Shown here in pieces: positions 49,047 through 60,915 of a stretch of DNA of 60,915 nucleotides; the first letter of the stretch is position 1, and the number at the start of each line of letters is the position of its first letter. A program made the translations under genes and the position numbers. The notes below the pieces were generated by a model that saw only the letters and a list, made by a program, of their open reading frames with translations, ran no database searches and had not been told where the DNA came from. Origin of the DNA: Macrostomum lignano (lineage: Eukaryota); assembly GCA_002269645.1 (NCBI GenBank), contig NIVC01004093.1:1-60915 (forward strand), given 5' to 3'.

Positions 49047-49260
49047 CAGGTATACACCAAGGACGACTTAAGTAGAAGGACGGGAAACCTCGTTTCTTGG
49101 AAAATTTTTAAAGGCAGGTTTTTTCCGAAAAAAATACACTACGGAGATAGGAAGTTTTCATTTTTTCAGCACAAAAATTGTTATTGCTTTTGATAGGGAC
49201 GCAGATCCAGTGTTCATCTTTTGATATGTTGTGCCTTTCTCATTGCTTTATCGATTTTAA

Positions 49261-49560
49261 TTAAGCTTTTCATTCAGAAAATTAGGATTCTATGTTTATT
49301 TTTTATTTTACGTACATTCACTGTGCCTAAAAATCATAAAAAATAAATGGCAAAGCTCCAATCATTGGTTTTATGAATTCATTTTATCATCCCTGCTACA
49401 CATATTGCTAGACATTCAGCTAACAATGATAAAAATAGACTCATAAAAGCAAAGTAGCTGAGCTGTGCCATTTTATTAGTTTTTAGGCACAAGACACGTG
49501 CAAATGTACGTAGAATAAAAATTAACATAGAATCCTATTTTTCTGAACGAAAAGCTTTAT
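49261..49560. mobile_element. Foldback/MITE-like element with ~100-bp inverted arms
   Basis: 49261-~49360 is the imperfect reverse complement of ~49460-49560. Confidence 0.6.
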
Positions 49561-50282
49561 GAAAACCTTATACAGTACAGTACAGACTCGGCCGACGGGC
49601 AGGTTGGCACGATGGTCGGTAGGTCACGGCGGCGGCTGCAGTCACGGACGATCATTCCAGACAAAACACGTAAGAAGAGAGTTTAAAATAAAGGGGGAGA
49701 TCAAGAGACAGGGATCAGGTATAGGAAAGAAAGAGGGAGGATAAAATCAAGACGTGTCGGCTCGAGAGCGGGAGTGTGATGAGTCGGGGGCATGCCGGGG
49801 TCTTTTGTGCTCTAGGACCCAAAATGGGCTCTTATTTATAGCCCAGATATCACGCGTCACGCGATCACGAGAGCGTGATGCGTGATATTGAAGGCCGTGA
49901 CTTGTCCTTGACCTCCGTTACCAAGCAACCCCCATGACGTCACCCCGTCGTTAGCCGCGCTGTGATTGGACGAGAAATCGGGGTGGGGCGCGGCGAAGAA
50001 GAATATGATACAATGATAGGGATTACGTAACAGTCAGGAAAGAGCTTAGAGATAGGGCGTCATAAAACTGTCTCACTTGCCACAAGATTTTAAACAATAA
50101 AACGATCGGTGAGGTTGGTGCGCAGGGATTGAGTTGGGCGACAAGCATGAGTCATCGCGAACTTATCAAACAATGAGTGGTGCAATGATGTACGACGAGT
50201 GACACCCATGTGCCTGCTCAACTCGTGGTCATGTTAAGACCAGCAACAGCTCTTATCCATTTACTAGTTTTCGAGTACTATG

Positions 50283-51210
50283 ATTGGAATTTTGCTTGCC
50301 GAAGTTTGCTTGCGGAACTTTGTTTGCAGGAAATTTGCTTGCAGAAATTTTGCTTGCCGAACTTTTCTTGCGGAATTTTGATGTCTGCTTCCTAGAAATT
50401 CGCAATCACAATTGCAAGATTTCAACTTACCGAATTATTTTCTTGTCTGCTTGCTTGTTTTGATTGCTTGTGAAGTTGCAGTCAGTCAATTATTACTACT
50501 ACAGATGCTTTGCAAGTGGATTCTTATCAGCGTCGACGTAAACTGACTTGACACTGAGCTTTCAAACTAGGCTATATAGAGTTTCATTCTAATTAGTTAG
50601 AAATGATGTCATTGCAGGTGTACATAATGTACGTTCATTTCCAAAAAATCTATTCTGTACGTTTTGGTGCCTAAATCATTCGATATGTGCATTGTTCGAA
50701 ATTGTGTCCTACAATTTTTGTTGAAACTGTATTTCCAGTAAAAAACTAAATTATTCCATTTCTGCATTAGGGCTTTTCAAATCCGCCATATCCTCATACA
50801 AAATCATAACACTCTAGGCGACTTCCACGAATCTTAGAAAATAAAAATAAAAATACAAGAGCTCAAAAATAGGTTCTTAGAGGTTCCACAAGAAAACTGT
50901 GGCAAGCAAAATTTCTGCAAGCAAAGTTCGGCAAGCAAGCTCGGCAAGAAAAGTTCAACAGGCAAAATTCCGCAAGCAAAGTTCGGCAAGCAAAACTCCA
51001 CCAGCAAAGCTCGGCAAGCAAAACTCCACCAGCAAAGCTCGGCAAGCAAAGTTCAGCAAGCAAAATTCGGCAAGCAAAGTTCGGCAAGCAAAGTTCGGCA
51101 AGCAGACTTCGGCAAGCAAATTTCCGCAAGCAAAAGTCCCGCAAGCAAACTTCGGCAAGAAAACTTCTCGCAAGCAAACTTCGGCAAGCAAACTTCTCGC
51201 AAGCAAATTT
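50283..51210. repeat. Inverted arrays of a GCAAGCAAAGTTCG-type short repeat (foldback-like)
   Basis: TTGCTTGC units at 50283-50390 face GCAAGCAA units at 50895-51210. Confidence 0.65.
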
Positions 51211-51271
51211 CATAGACCCGATTGCTCATGTTCAAATTCTCCGAATGCCCCGTAATGGCTAGGTAATAGGT

Positions 51272-51554
51272 AATGGCTTGAGTTCCGGCACCGGAACCCG
51301 TTTTCTAACAGCTAGGGATCCGGCAGTGCCGTATAGAAGCGTATAAAGACTGCTAAGAACATATCTAAGAAGTCTGGATATTAGAAGCATCTCGTCCCGA
51401 ATCTTATCATATTGTCTTAAATTTTAATCTAGAACAAAATCTCAATATCAGCCCCATCTAGAAAGAAAAATATAATGTTCCATCTATATTATAATGGCAC
51501 TGCCGGATCCGTAGCCGTTAGAAAATGGGTTCCGGTGCCGGAACTCTAGCCATT
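51272..51554. mobile_element. MITE with ~60-bp TIRs
   Basis: AATGGCTTGAGTTCCGGCACCGGAACCC...GGATCCGGCAGTGCC is inverted at 51495-51554. Confidence 0.75.
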
Positions 51555-52139
51555 GCCGTCTAAAATACAACAAAATTTAAAGGACTTAAAGTTTTAATTT
51601 AAAAACAGTTTACTATACTCAAATTTTTTAGATTAGGCAAGCAGTTTAACATTGCTTTTGCACAAAATTTGAAAAAATATTTATTTGCTGTTAGTAATTC
51701 GTTTGAAATACTCTGGAATTTTTAGTTTATTGAATCGAAACAATTTTTTCCTGGTCGCGTTAAGTGAACTAAAAACTGTTATTATTATGGTGGCTACTAT
51801 TACTACAAATAAAATAAACGACGGTAACAGCGCGGTCGACTAGATCAGCGTAAAGTAATTTCTAAAAAACTTTATAAAATATTTTTGTCACGTTAGTGCA
51901 GGTAAGTGTTATCTTTTTTGGTTTATTTAATGTGAAAATGCAATAAATAACTTTAAACAAGTCTGTCAATGTCTTAAGCTGTAGCCTGTAGGGCCTATAT
52001 ATTCAATGCAAAAGTTATTTGGCTTTGTAGTGTATGTGCCTAGATTCTACACACATGGAGACTATGCCAAAATTTCACTCTATGCCAATTTGTATACCAA
52101 TCTGAATCTGAATCAGCCAATATGGTAATAGTTATGCCA

Positions 52140-52776
52140 GTGCTTATCCCCACAGTCCCATGCCGATAATTCCAATTTTATTCACACGGATCTGTGTTGA
52201 TAATTTCCAGCTTATCCCCATGGCAGCTTATCGGAATAGAGAACCTTGAAATGAATCTATTCAAAACCATATATTTGTTTTCACTGTTTTACAAATCTTC
52301 TAAGTAAACTATTGAATACTGAATTTGGCAAGCAAACTTTGCTTGCCAAAATATCAAGTACTTTGTTAAAACTTTTTTGTCATTAAAAGGGTTTGGCCTT
52401 ATTTTAAATATATTTGCTTATCTGTTGTTGGCTTTGCTTAGATTAGAATGACTAAACAGACCCTAAGATTGAGGCAAATGAGACTTGCAATTTGCAAAAT
52501 TCAAAAGTCTAAAACTCAATAATAATAATGTCAATGAGTAATAATACTAATAATAATAACAATATCAGTTTAACATCCACACAAAAATAAACACAAACAA
52601 TTGCACAAACTTAGCTATGGGGATAAGCTAAAAATTATTGACATGGCCTATAGACTTGAATGGTGGCAGCTATTTCAATAAGCCGCCATGGGGATAAGCT
52701 GGAAATTATTGACACGGATCTATATGGATAAAATTGGAATTATTGACATAAGACCATGGTATAGTGATAAGCACTT
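52140..52776. mobile_element. MITE-like element with ~105-bp imperfect inverted arms
   Basis: GTGCTTATC...ATAATTTCCAGCTTATCCCCATGG at 52140-52245 is inverted at ~52670-52776. Confidence 0.6.
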
Positions 52777-53537
52777 CCGATAGTTAGGCCTATATGGGAT
52801 CTATTTAGCCTAGATTTTGGGCTTAGACAAGACATTATTTTTTTTAAAAATCAATTATAGAATCATAATCACACTCACAAATAAATAAAGACAACACAGA
52901 CAAACTATTTTAATTTTAGTATAGATAGGCCTCTATGCTATAATAGCCTAGGCCTAGTATTTACCTTACAGGGATAGATTTAGGGGGGGGGGGGTAGTAG
53001 GTTTCCCCAAAATAGCTTAACAGAACATATTGCGCTCCCTAAAAACCTAAGTTTGTACCCCTTAAACTATATTTTTTGCTCCCAAACACCTTGGCTTATT
53101 TGTGCCCTTAAGCTTGACTTTTCATCCTACATGCATTTTTTGTATCTCTAAGCTTGATTTTTTGCACTCTCTATATAATTTTTGCACCCCTAGCTTGGTG
53201 CACTTTATACTCATGTTGGCCCCCAAACTTGGACCATTCTCCCCAAAATGAAAATCTTTAAAGAATTACTCTTTTATTCGGCTCTAAAATATCCATGTTT
53301 AGGAAATAAAGATGCTAAATAAATCTTTGAAATAAACTTTTTATAAATAATTTTTTTTGTAATCAGTATTTTCTAAGAAAGCAATAGTAGTACTTATATG
53401 CATTTTTACTTATTGTCTTTAACCTTGCAATTGCTCTTAGTAGATAAGAAGATCAAATAAAATACCTATATTTTTTCATTGTTTTTCTCTTTTTTCTTTA
53501 TAATGCTATTTTTAATACACCTTTTTAATCTATATAA

Positions 53538-56500
53538 TAAGGTGGGGGAAGAGAAAAAAGCACTTTAGGGCAGTGGTTGGCTGATTTTCAAAAAAAAATT
53601 AACCTTTTAATTGCTGCCATCCTTAACTTGGCACTCATAAAGCTGGAAAGTTTCATGGAATTGTTCAGGTGGATTTTCTCTATAGACATTCTATCTGCCA
53701 GGTCCTCAATTCTAAGGGAAGGGTAGTCATAATCACAGTTGAGCAGTCTTTAGCAGGCACAGTCATTTAGATAGTAGATACCAAGGTCTTAACACAGTAA
53801 AATTTTAATTTTTGCCAATTTGCTTAACTGATTACTTTCAGTAAAGTAGCTTTGCCACTGTAATTTTGTATTATGAAACATAGAGATCTCAAAGCTTGTT
53901 TGGAATTGAGATAAATTTGCCTCGTAGGCAAATGACTCAAGATAAACTAATAGGGCTTTGATTATTTAATTTAAATAAATAATGAGTTAGGGTTTATTAG
54001 TTATTAAAGTAAGCCAACCAATATTATTGTTATGACAAACAAGCAAGATTGTTCCAGCTGTGCCAAGGTGCTAAATAAACTAATGGTAATTAAGTAATGG
54101 AGCAAAAAGTAGAAAAGGAGTAGCAAATGAGCAATCAAAAGGAAACAAGAGGACAAGAGGATGCATTTAATGCAGCCAGTCTGGCCATAAGTATTGACAA
54201 CAAAATTAGTGACGTATAGGACAAACAGTGAGGTGGGGAATAGGGCAACCAGCAGGGCAACAGGCAGAGTGGGAGGCTATGAGATAGGTCAATGTAGGTA
54301 CCAATGCAAAAAAGTAAGTAAAACAAAATAAAACATTGAACGGGTCAATAGTGGGGACAGACACAAGAACAAGGAGACCAATGGAATAGACAGACCAAGG
54401 ATAGGCAATGACAACAGATTTGTCAAAGCCCCCCCCCCCCTGATGGCGGCATACATGCGCAACTGCTGGCCGATCTGGCCACTGTAAATTATGGTGGACC
54501 AGGGGTAAATCGCAAAAATGCCATCCCAAAGAATATGGACGTAGTACTAATTAGATGCTGAGGCATTTAGGCCTAATAAGACAGTCATAATTACTTCTAC
54601 TGTTTACCCAAAACCATTGCCTTTTGCAAGCACTTCTAGATAGCACAAGCTTGGCTCAAACAGCTGACTGCCTTGCAGGTCAGGCTGAGCTGCAGCTGGC
54701 TGTTTTGAAGCGGGCTGATTGGCAGGGTCAGCTTTGTTGTCATCACTCAACTCATAGAGCAGCATTGGCCACTCAGTCTAGTGCAGTGGCTCCTGTAGTC
54801 AGTTTGCCATCATCTGCGGCACCTTGATAATGTTTCGATATACCAACATCTTAGCTAGGCATCCTAATTGGGCTATTACAAACTTGATCCAGTATGCCAC
54901 TTTGCCAACTTTCCTCATAACCTTGTATATACTCTTGTATAGCCGGTAGAATTTGGGCAGCTTGCCCAATTCGAGCTTTGGGTTGGCCAGGCAGACTAGG
55001 TCTCTGGGCTGCAGTTCCGCGGGCTTTGGTTGGTTTTCATAGTACTGTTCTCGGTGCTAGATCTCAGCTTGCAGTCACTGTTATACAATTTGCTCAGTCT
55101 TTGCCAGTCTGTGCTGATGTTTGGCAATTTACTCCAGGAGATCAGCCAATATATCTAGGTAGCCTCCATAGACAACATAATGCAGCAAGAATCCAGTAGT
55201 ATGGTTGACAACTGATCTTAGTGCAGTCAGAGCAGCTGGCAGCATCTTGTCCCATTGCTGATAATCTTCAAGGAGAAAAGGGAGCACCTTCTTGATGTTT
55301 TTGTTGTACAACTCGACTTGTCTATTAGCCTAGGGTTAATATAGCAGTGTTATAGTCTGTCAAATGCCGTATACTTTGCAAAAATGTTGGAACTTATGCC
55401 TTGTGAACTGTTTTCCTTGATTGGAATGGATCCATGCAAGGATTCCACTGATTGGAAACACTTGTTTCTGCATTAGAGTTATTATTGTCTTGGCACCCTG
55501 ATTTTTCATGGCAAAGGCAAAGGGATACTTCAATATTGTGTCAACATAGGTCAGGATATACTTGTTGCCTCAGTCTGTTGGATCTCAAGTTGGGCCCAGG
55601 ATATCAATTGTGCATTGCCCATAGATTTCTAGAACTTCTAGAACTTCTAGAACTATTTCTAGATTTATAGATCTCTAGAACTAGAACTGGATAGCATTAG
55701 GAAATTCATTGAACTCATGGCCATGAAGGGGTATAGAGGCAATCATCATAACCGATGGAGCTCCCTTATTGAGATCTGTGGCCATGAAGTACTTGCTCAT
55801 GGCTATGATGTACTCGCTCTCGGCTATGATGTACTCGCTCTTGGCCGTGACTTTTGGCTTCTGTGTGTCAGACTGTGCCTAAGTTTTTCATCAGAAGCCG
55901 ATATTTTTTAAGAAGGGCTGGAAGTGATAGATTAATGTGCATTTAACCTTTATCTTTGAAAATTAAAGAAACTAAATGTAAAAATCTATCTATTCTTAAA
56001 TGTAAACTTAGTTGCACAAGAAAGTAAAAGTAAAAAATTATTGAGTCATTCAAATCGACTTGCTAAAAGTCAGTTTTGCATGAAGCAAGCTGAATTATAA
56101 TTTATTTGGGTTAGAGTACTAAAAAACATACCAGAAAAGGAGATTAAGCCTTCAAAGCATACTTCACTAATCAAGCATACACAGCATTACATTGATAAGA
56201 TCATCAATATGATAAATTGGGATTAAACATTCAATTAAACATGAACAAAATGACATATTTGGAGTTTAAAGAGTTTAAAAAACCTGCTCAATGGTTTAAT
56301 TCAATTCCATTGACTTCTTCAAGATGGTGAACTTACTCTTCCACATATTCACAAACAATGACATAAGATTGTGAATTTTGTCTTGCTCAGCCAATGAGCA
56401 AAAGTGGAGCGAAGGATGACTCTCTACTTAATTCATATAGCTCCTCTTGCTGGGCAGCATGGGATGCCCCGCTGCCTGGCCCATTTGTTTGTAGGTCTTC

Positions 56501-58493
56501 AATGACTTGTCAAAATTGAGCGCCCAATAGTGCAATTTATCAACTGAAGCAATTGTTTATGTTTGGCATACATGTTAAGCATTGTCGAGCAGCCAGCACC
56601 AGATTGTGCAGTATGTCTAAGTGAAGAATCTAGCTTGTTATCATTAGAATTAATAGACTCATCCTCACTTTTTGTCAGAATGATGGTTGTATAGTTGTTG
56701 CCGTAGTCCTCAATATGTTCATTGTCAACACTGGCATCAGCAGTTTTGATAGCTGTGCCAATACCAACATCAACACTTTTGACATCTGTGCCAACACCGG
56801 CATCTACAGCTATGACAGCTATGCCGACACCAACATCAACACTTTTGACATCTATGTCAACCCTGGCATTTACAGCTTTGATGGCTGTGCCAACACCGAC
56901 ATCAACACTTTCGATGGCTGTGCCAACACTAGCATGAACTGTTTCAATGGCTGTGCTGACACTGGCATCAACAATCTGCATTGCTTATCCACAATGATGG
57001 TAGCCTCTTTGTCATTGTCAGGTTGGATTGTGACACTGTTGTTGCTAGAGCTATCATTGCTGCTGCTACTGCTGCTGTCACTGATGTCATTGCTGTGATG
57101 AATGAATGTTAGATTTCTTTAGATTATTAGACTTTTTACATAAACTATCTTCATAAACCACATAAACTATCTTTATAAACAAGGACAGTGAGAAGAATGG
57201 GCAGATAATTAGTAATTTAGTAACTTCTTGTGCAGCCCTGCAACCTTAGTACTTTTATGCCTACACTGATAGCCTGTTTTAGACTGTTTCTAAAACATTA
57301 TATGACAAATATGACCATGAAAAGGTTGGACTTAACAGATCATCTTGCACAGATCATCTTGTCGTAGGTTGGTCTTGTAGCTGAATTGTTGGGGCCTACA
57401 GCATCAGCTGTTGTGTCTGCGGCCATTGAGTTAGTAGTCAAAGCCATTATGTAAATTCTGAAGGACTCGTCAAATGGGTTTTGCCATTTTGTAATCCCAC
57501 TTAGCTGACACCAATGAGGTGGGGCAGAGAAAAGAACACTTTTGGAGCAGTGGTTGACCAATTCTTGTAAAAATTCCACCTTCAAATTGCCGCCATCCCT
57601 AACTTAGCACTTGTAAAGCTAGAAAGTTTCATTGACTTGTTTGGGTTAATTTTCTCCATAGATATTCCATCTGCTGGGTCCTCAATTCCAGGGGAAGGTA
57701 GTCATAATCGCAGTCAAGCAGTCTTTAGCAGGTATAGTCATTTAGATGGTAGACACCAAGGTCTTGACATTGTAAATTTCAATGTTTGCCAATTTGCTTA
57801 ACTGATTACTTTCAGTAAAGTAGTGCTGACACTACTATAATTTTGGATTAAGAAATGTTGATATCTCCGAGCTGAGCTCATTCAGAGTTGAGATTTGGTT
57901 ATTATATGTCCCACAGGCAAATGACTCAAGATAAATGAACAGGGCTTTAATTATTTAATGTGAATAAATAACGAGTTAGGGTTTATTAATTTTTTAAGTA
58001 AGCTAACTGATATTAATAATAGGACAAACAAGCAAGATTGCTCTGGCTGTGCCAAGGGGCTAAATATACTATTGGAAATTAAAAAAATGGTTGTGCACTC
58101 TCAGTGAGGCAAATAAGAAATAACTAAATAAACTAGTAGTAATTAAGTAATGAAGCAAAAAGTAAAAAAGGAGTAGGAAACAAGCAATCAAAAGGAAACA
58201 AGGGGATAAGAGGATGCATGAAATGCGGCCAGTCTAGCCATATCAGTATTGACAACAAAATCACCAATGCGTGGGACAAATGGTTGAGTGAGGAATGGGG
58301 CAACTAGCAGGGCAACAGGCGGAATAGGAGCCCACGGGATGGGTCAACACAAGTACCAATGCAGAAAAGCAAGTAAAACAAAATAAAACATTGGATAGGT
58401 CAACAGTGGAGACAGACATAGGAACAGGGGCAGGACCAGGGAGACCAATGGAAGGGACAGACCAAGGGTGGGCAATGATGACAGATTTTGTCA
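53538..58493 (-). mobile_element. Old decayed, internally deleted Gypsy-like LTR retrotransposon
   Basis: Diverged direct repeats at ~53538-54424 and 57515-58493. A tRNA-Leu-like PBS TGGTGTCAG(CT)AAGTGGGATT lies at 57513-57493 and a G-run PPT at ~54428-54440. A stop-riddled integrase core (IHSNQGKQFT, QVELYNKNIKK, WDKMLP) lies at ~55130-55460. Confidence 0.78.
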
Positions 58494-59749
58494 TTGAAGA
58501 GGGAGGTGTGGGGGGGGGCTTTGTGGAAAAATGTCTTTGGACAATTAAACAGTTCCAAACCTCTTGTGGTAGCCTGCACTACCACAATAACATAATAGAG
58601 TAGAATTTATAGTAGTGTTACTTTTTATCATTTTTGTACCAAATTAGCAGAGGCTAAATAATATTTTCATTTGAATACATTAAATATATTTATTTTACTA
58701 TGAAAAATAAATTGTTAAATTATTTTTGTTATTAATGCATGGAGAAAAACAATTACATATAGGAGTGATTTTATCTCAAATGAAATCAACTTATTTCATA
58801 AGTTAAATCTTAAGCAGTTTAAAACAATAAACCTTGAAACCTTAAAACAATAAGCTTGAAGTTAAAGTGAATTAGTCATTTCCAAAGTTTTTGAAAATAA
58901 TTCAGATATTTATCAAGAGGGGGAATTAAAAGTTATTATAAAAATCCAGAGTTATGCTATGATATTCTAATCCCAGTAGTAGCCAAATTGGGAGAAGTAC
59001 ATGTACTAGTACATATAAATGCATCCTCCCTGATTTATACTGGCTATGCAAATTATTTTTTGACTAAAATGTGCCTTATATATAAAAGAAACCTTAAAGA
59101 GCAAAAATTTATACAATTTTTAGTAAATGGCCAGAGTAACTATAATTTATCTTATTAAAGCTAAATGCCTTATCATCCAATTAGTACTATATATATATAT
59201 TCTTTTGGGCAGGCATTTTTGCAGCTTATTTTCTATCACAATTTACAGTAGCCAGATCAGCCAAGTAGCCAGCAATTGCGCATATATATAATAGTAGTAA
59301 AGACTACTCAGGCCAGAATACTACTAAAATACATTAGAACAATACTAGAATATATCAGAACAATACCATAATGCATCAGAATGCTACCAAAGCATTACTA
59401 GAAATGAGTTATAATCAATCTATATAAATTAAATTAAACTATATATATTATAATTTGCCTATTTCATATTATCAACTTCAATTTTAATGTATTAAATTTT
59501 GATAGATAATAAATTTTGATCTCAGATGTTCAAAATGATGGTATACAACTTTTAACTAAATTGATCTGCTTCAACCAACTTTTTAGCAAAGTTTGAAAAG
59601 TTGACTAACACCAACTGGCAGTGTGAATCTGGAACCATAATTCTGAATAATGCTTTAAAGAAACAAAAATAATACTTTTAAAGGGTGTCATTTTTTGTAA
59701 CCTATAGCTGACCTGCAATGCCCCAATTGCAGGTGCACACGCATCAGCA

Positions 59750-60915
<1,166 letters not shown>

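Noticed and set aside
53530-58500. TSD for the old LTR element
   Set aside because: Flanks TATAA versus TTGAA do not match convincingly.

Overview
Eukaryotic genomic DNA, not prokaryotic. It has GC-rich exons, GT-AG introns stuffed with intron-specific minisatellites and (TGTC)n/(TCTA)n tracts, and many transposons. The style suggests a free-living flatworm such as Macrostomum (inference only). Host genes recognised on the minus strand: a tight same-strand cluster IMPAD1/BPNT2-like > PIGL > PIGW, an intronless invertebrate claudin-like gene, and a 7-exon Amt1-type ammonium transporter. On the plus strand: ZNHIT2, ZIP11/SLC39A11 and the 5' end of SCAPER. Mobile DNA: an intact Ty3/Gypsy element (identical-looking 337-bp LTRs, 4-bp TSD, PBS, PPT, candidate -1 frameshift signal), an old decayed Gypsy-like element, a 5'-truncated RTE-like LINE, an intron-containing Mutator transposase pseudogene, a tRNA-derived SINE with 13-bp TSD, hAT-like MITEs carrying a minisatellite, and a Penelope-type minimal hammerhead ribozyme. 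The most notable observation is that PIGL and PIGW, consecutive steps of GPI-anchor synthesis, abut with overlapping or 23-nt-spaced ORFs, suggesting a dicistronic/operon unit or a fusion. Caveat: several host exons need a single added base to restore frame, which points to long-read deletion errors in the assembly. All gene models were derived by eye.
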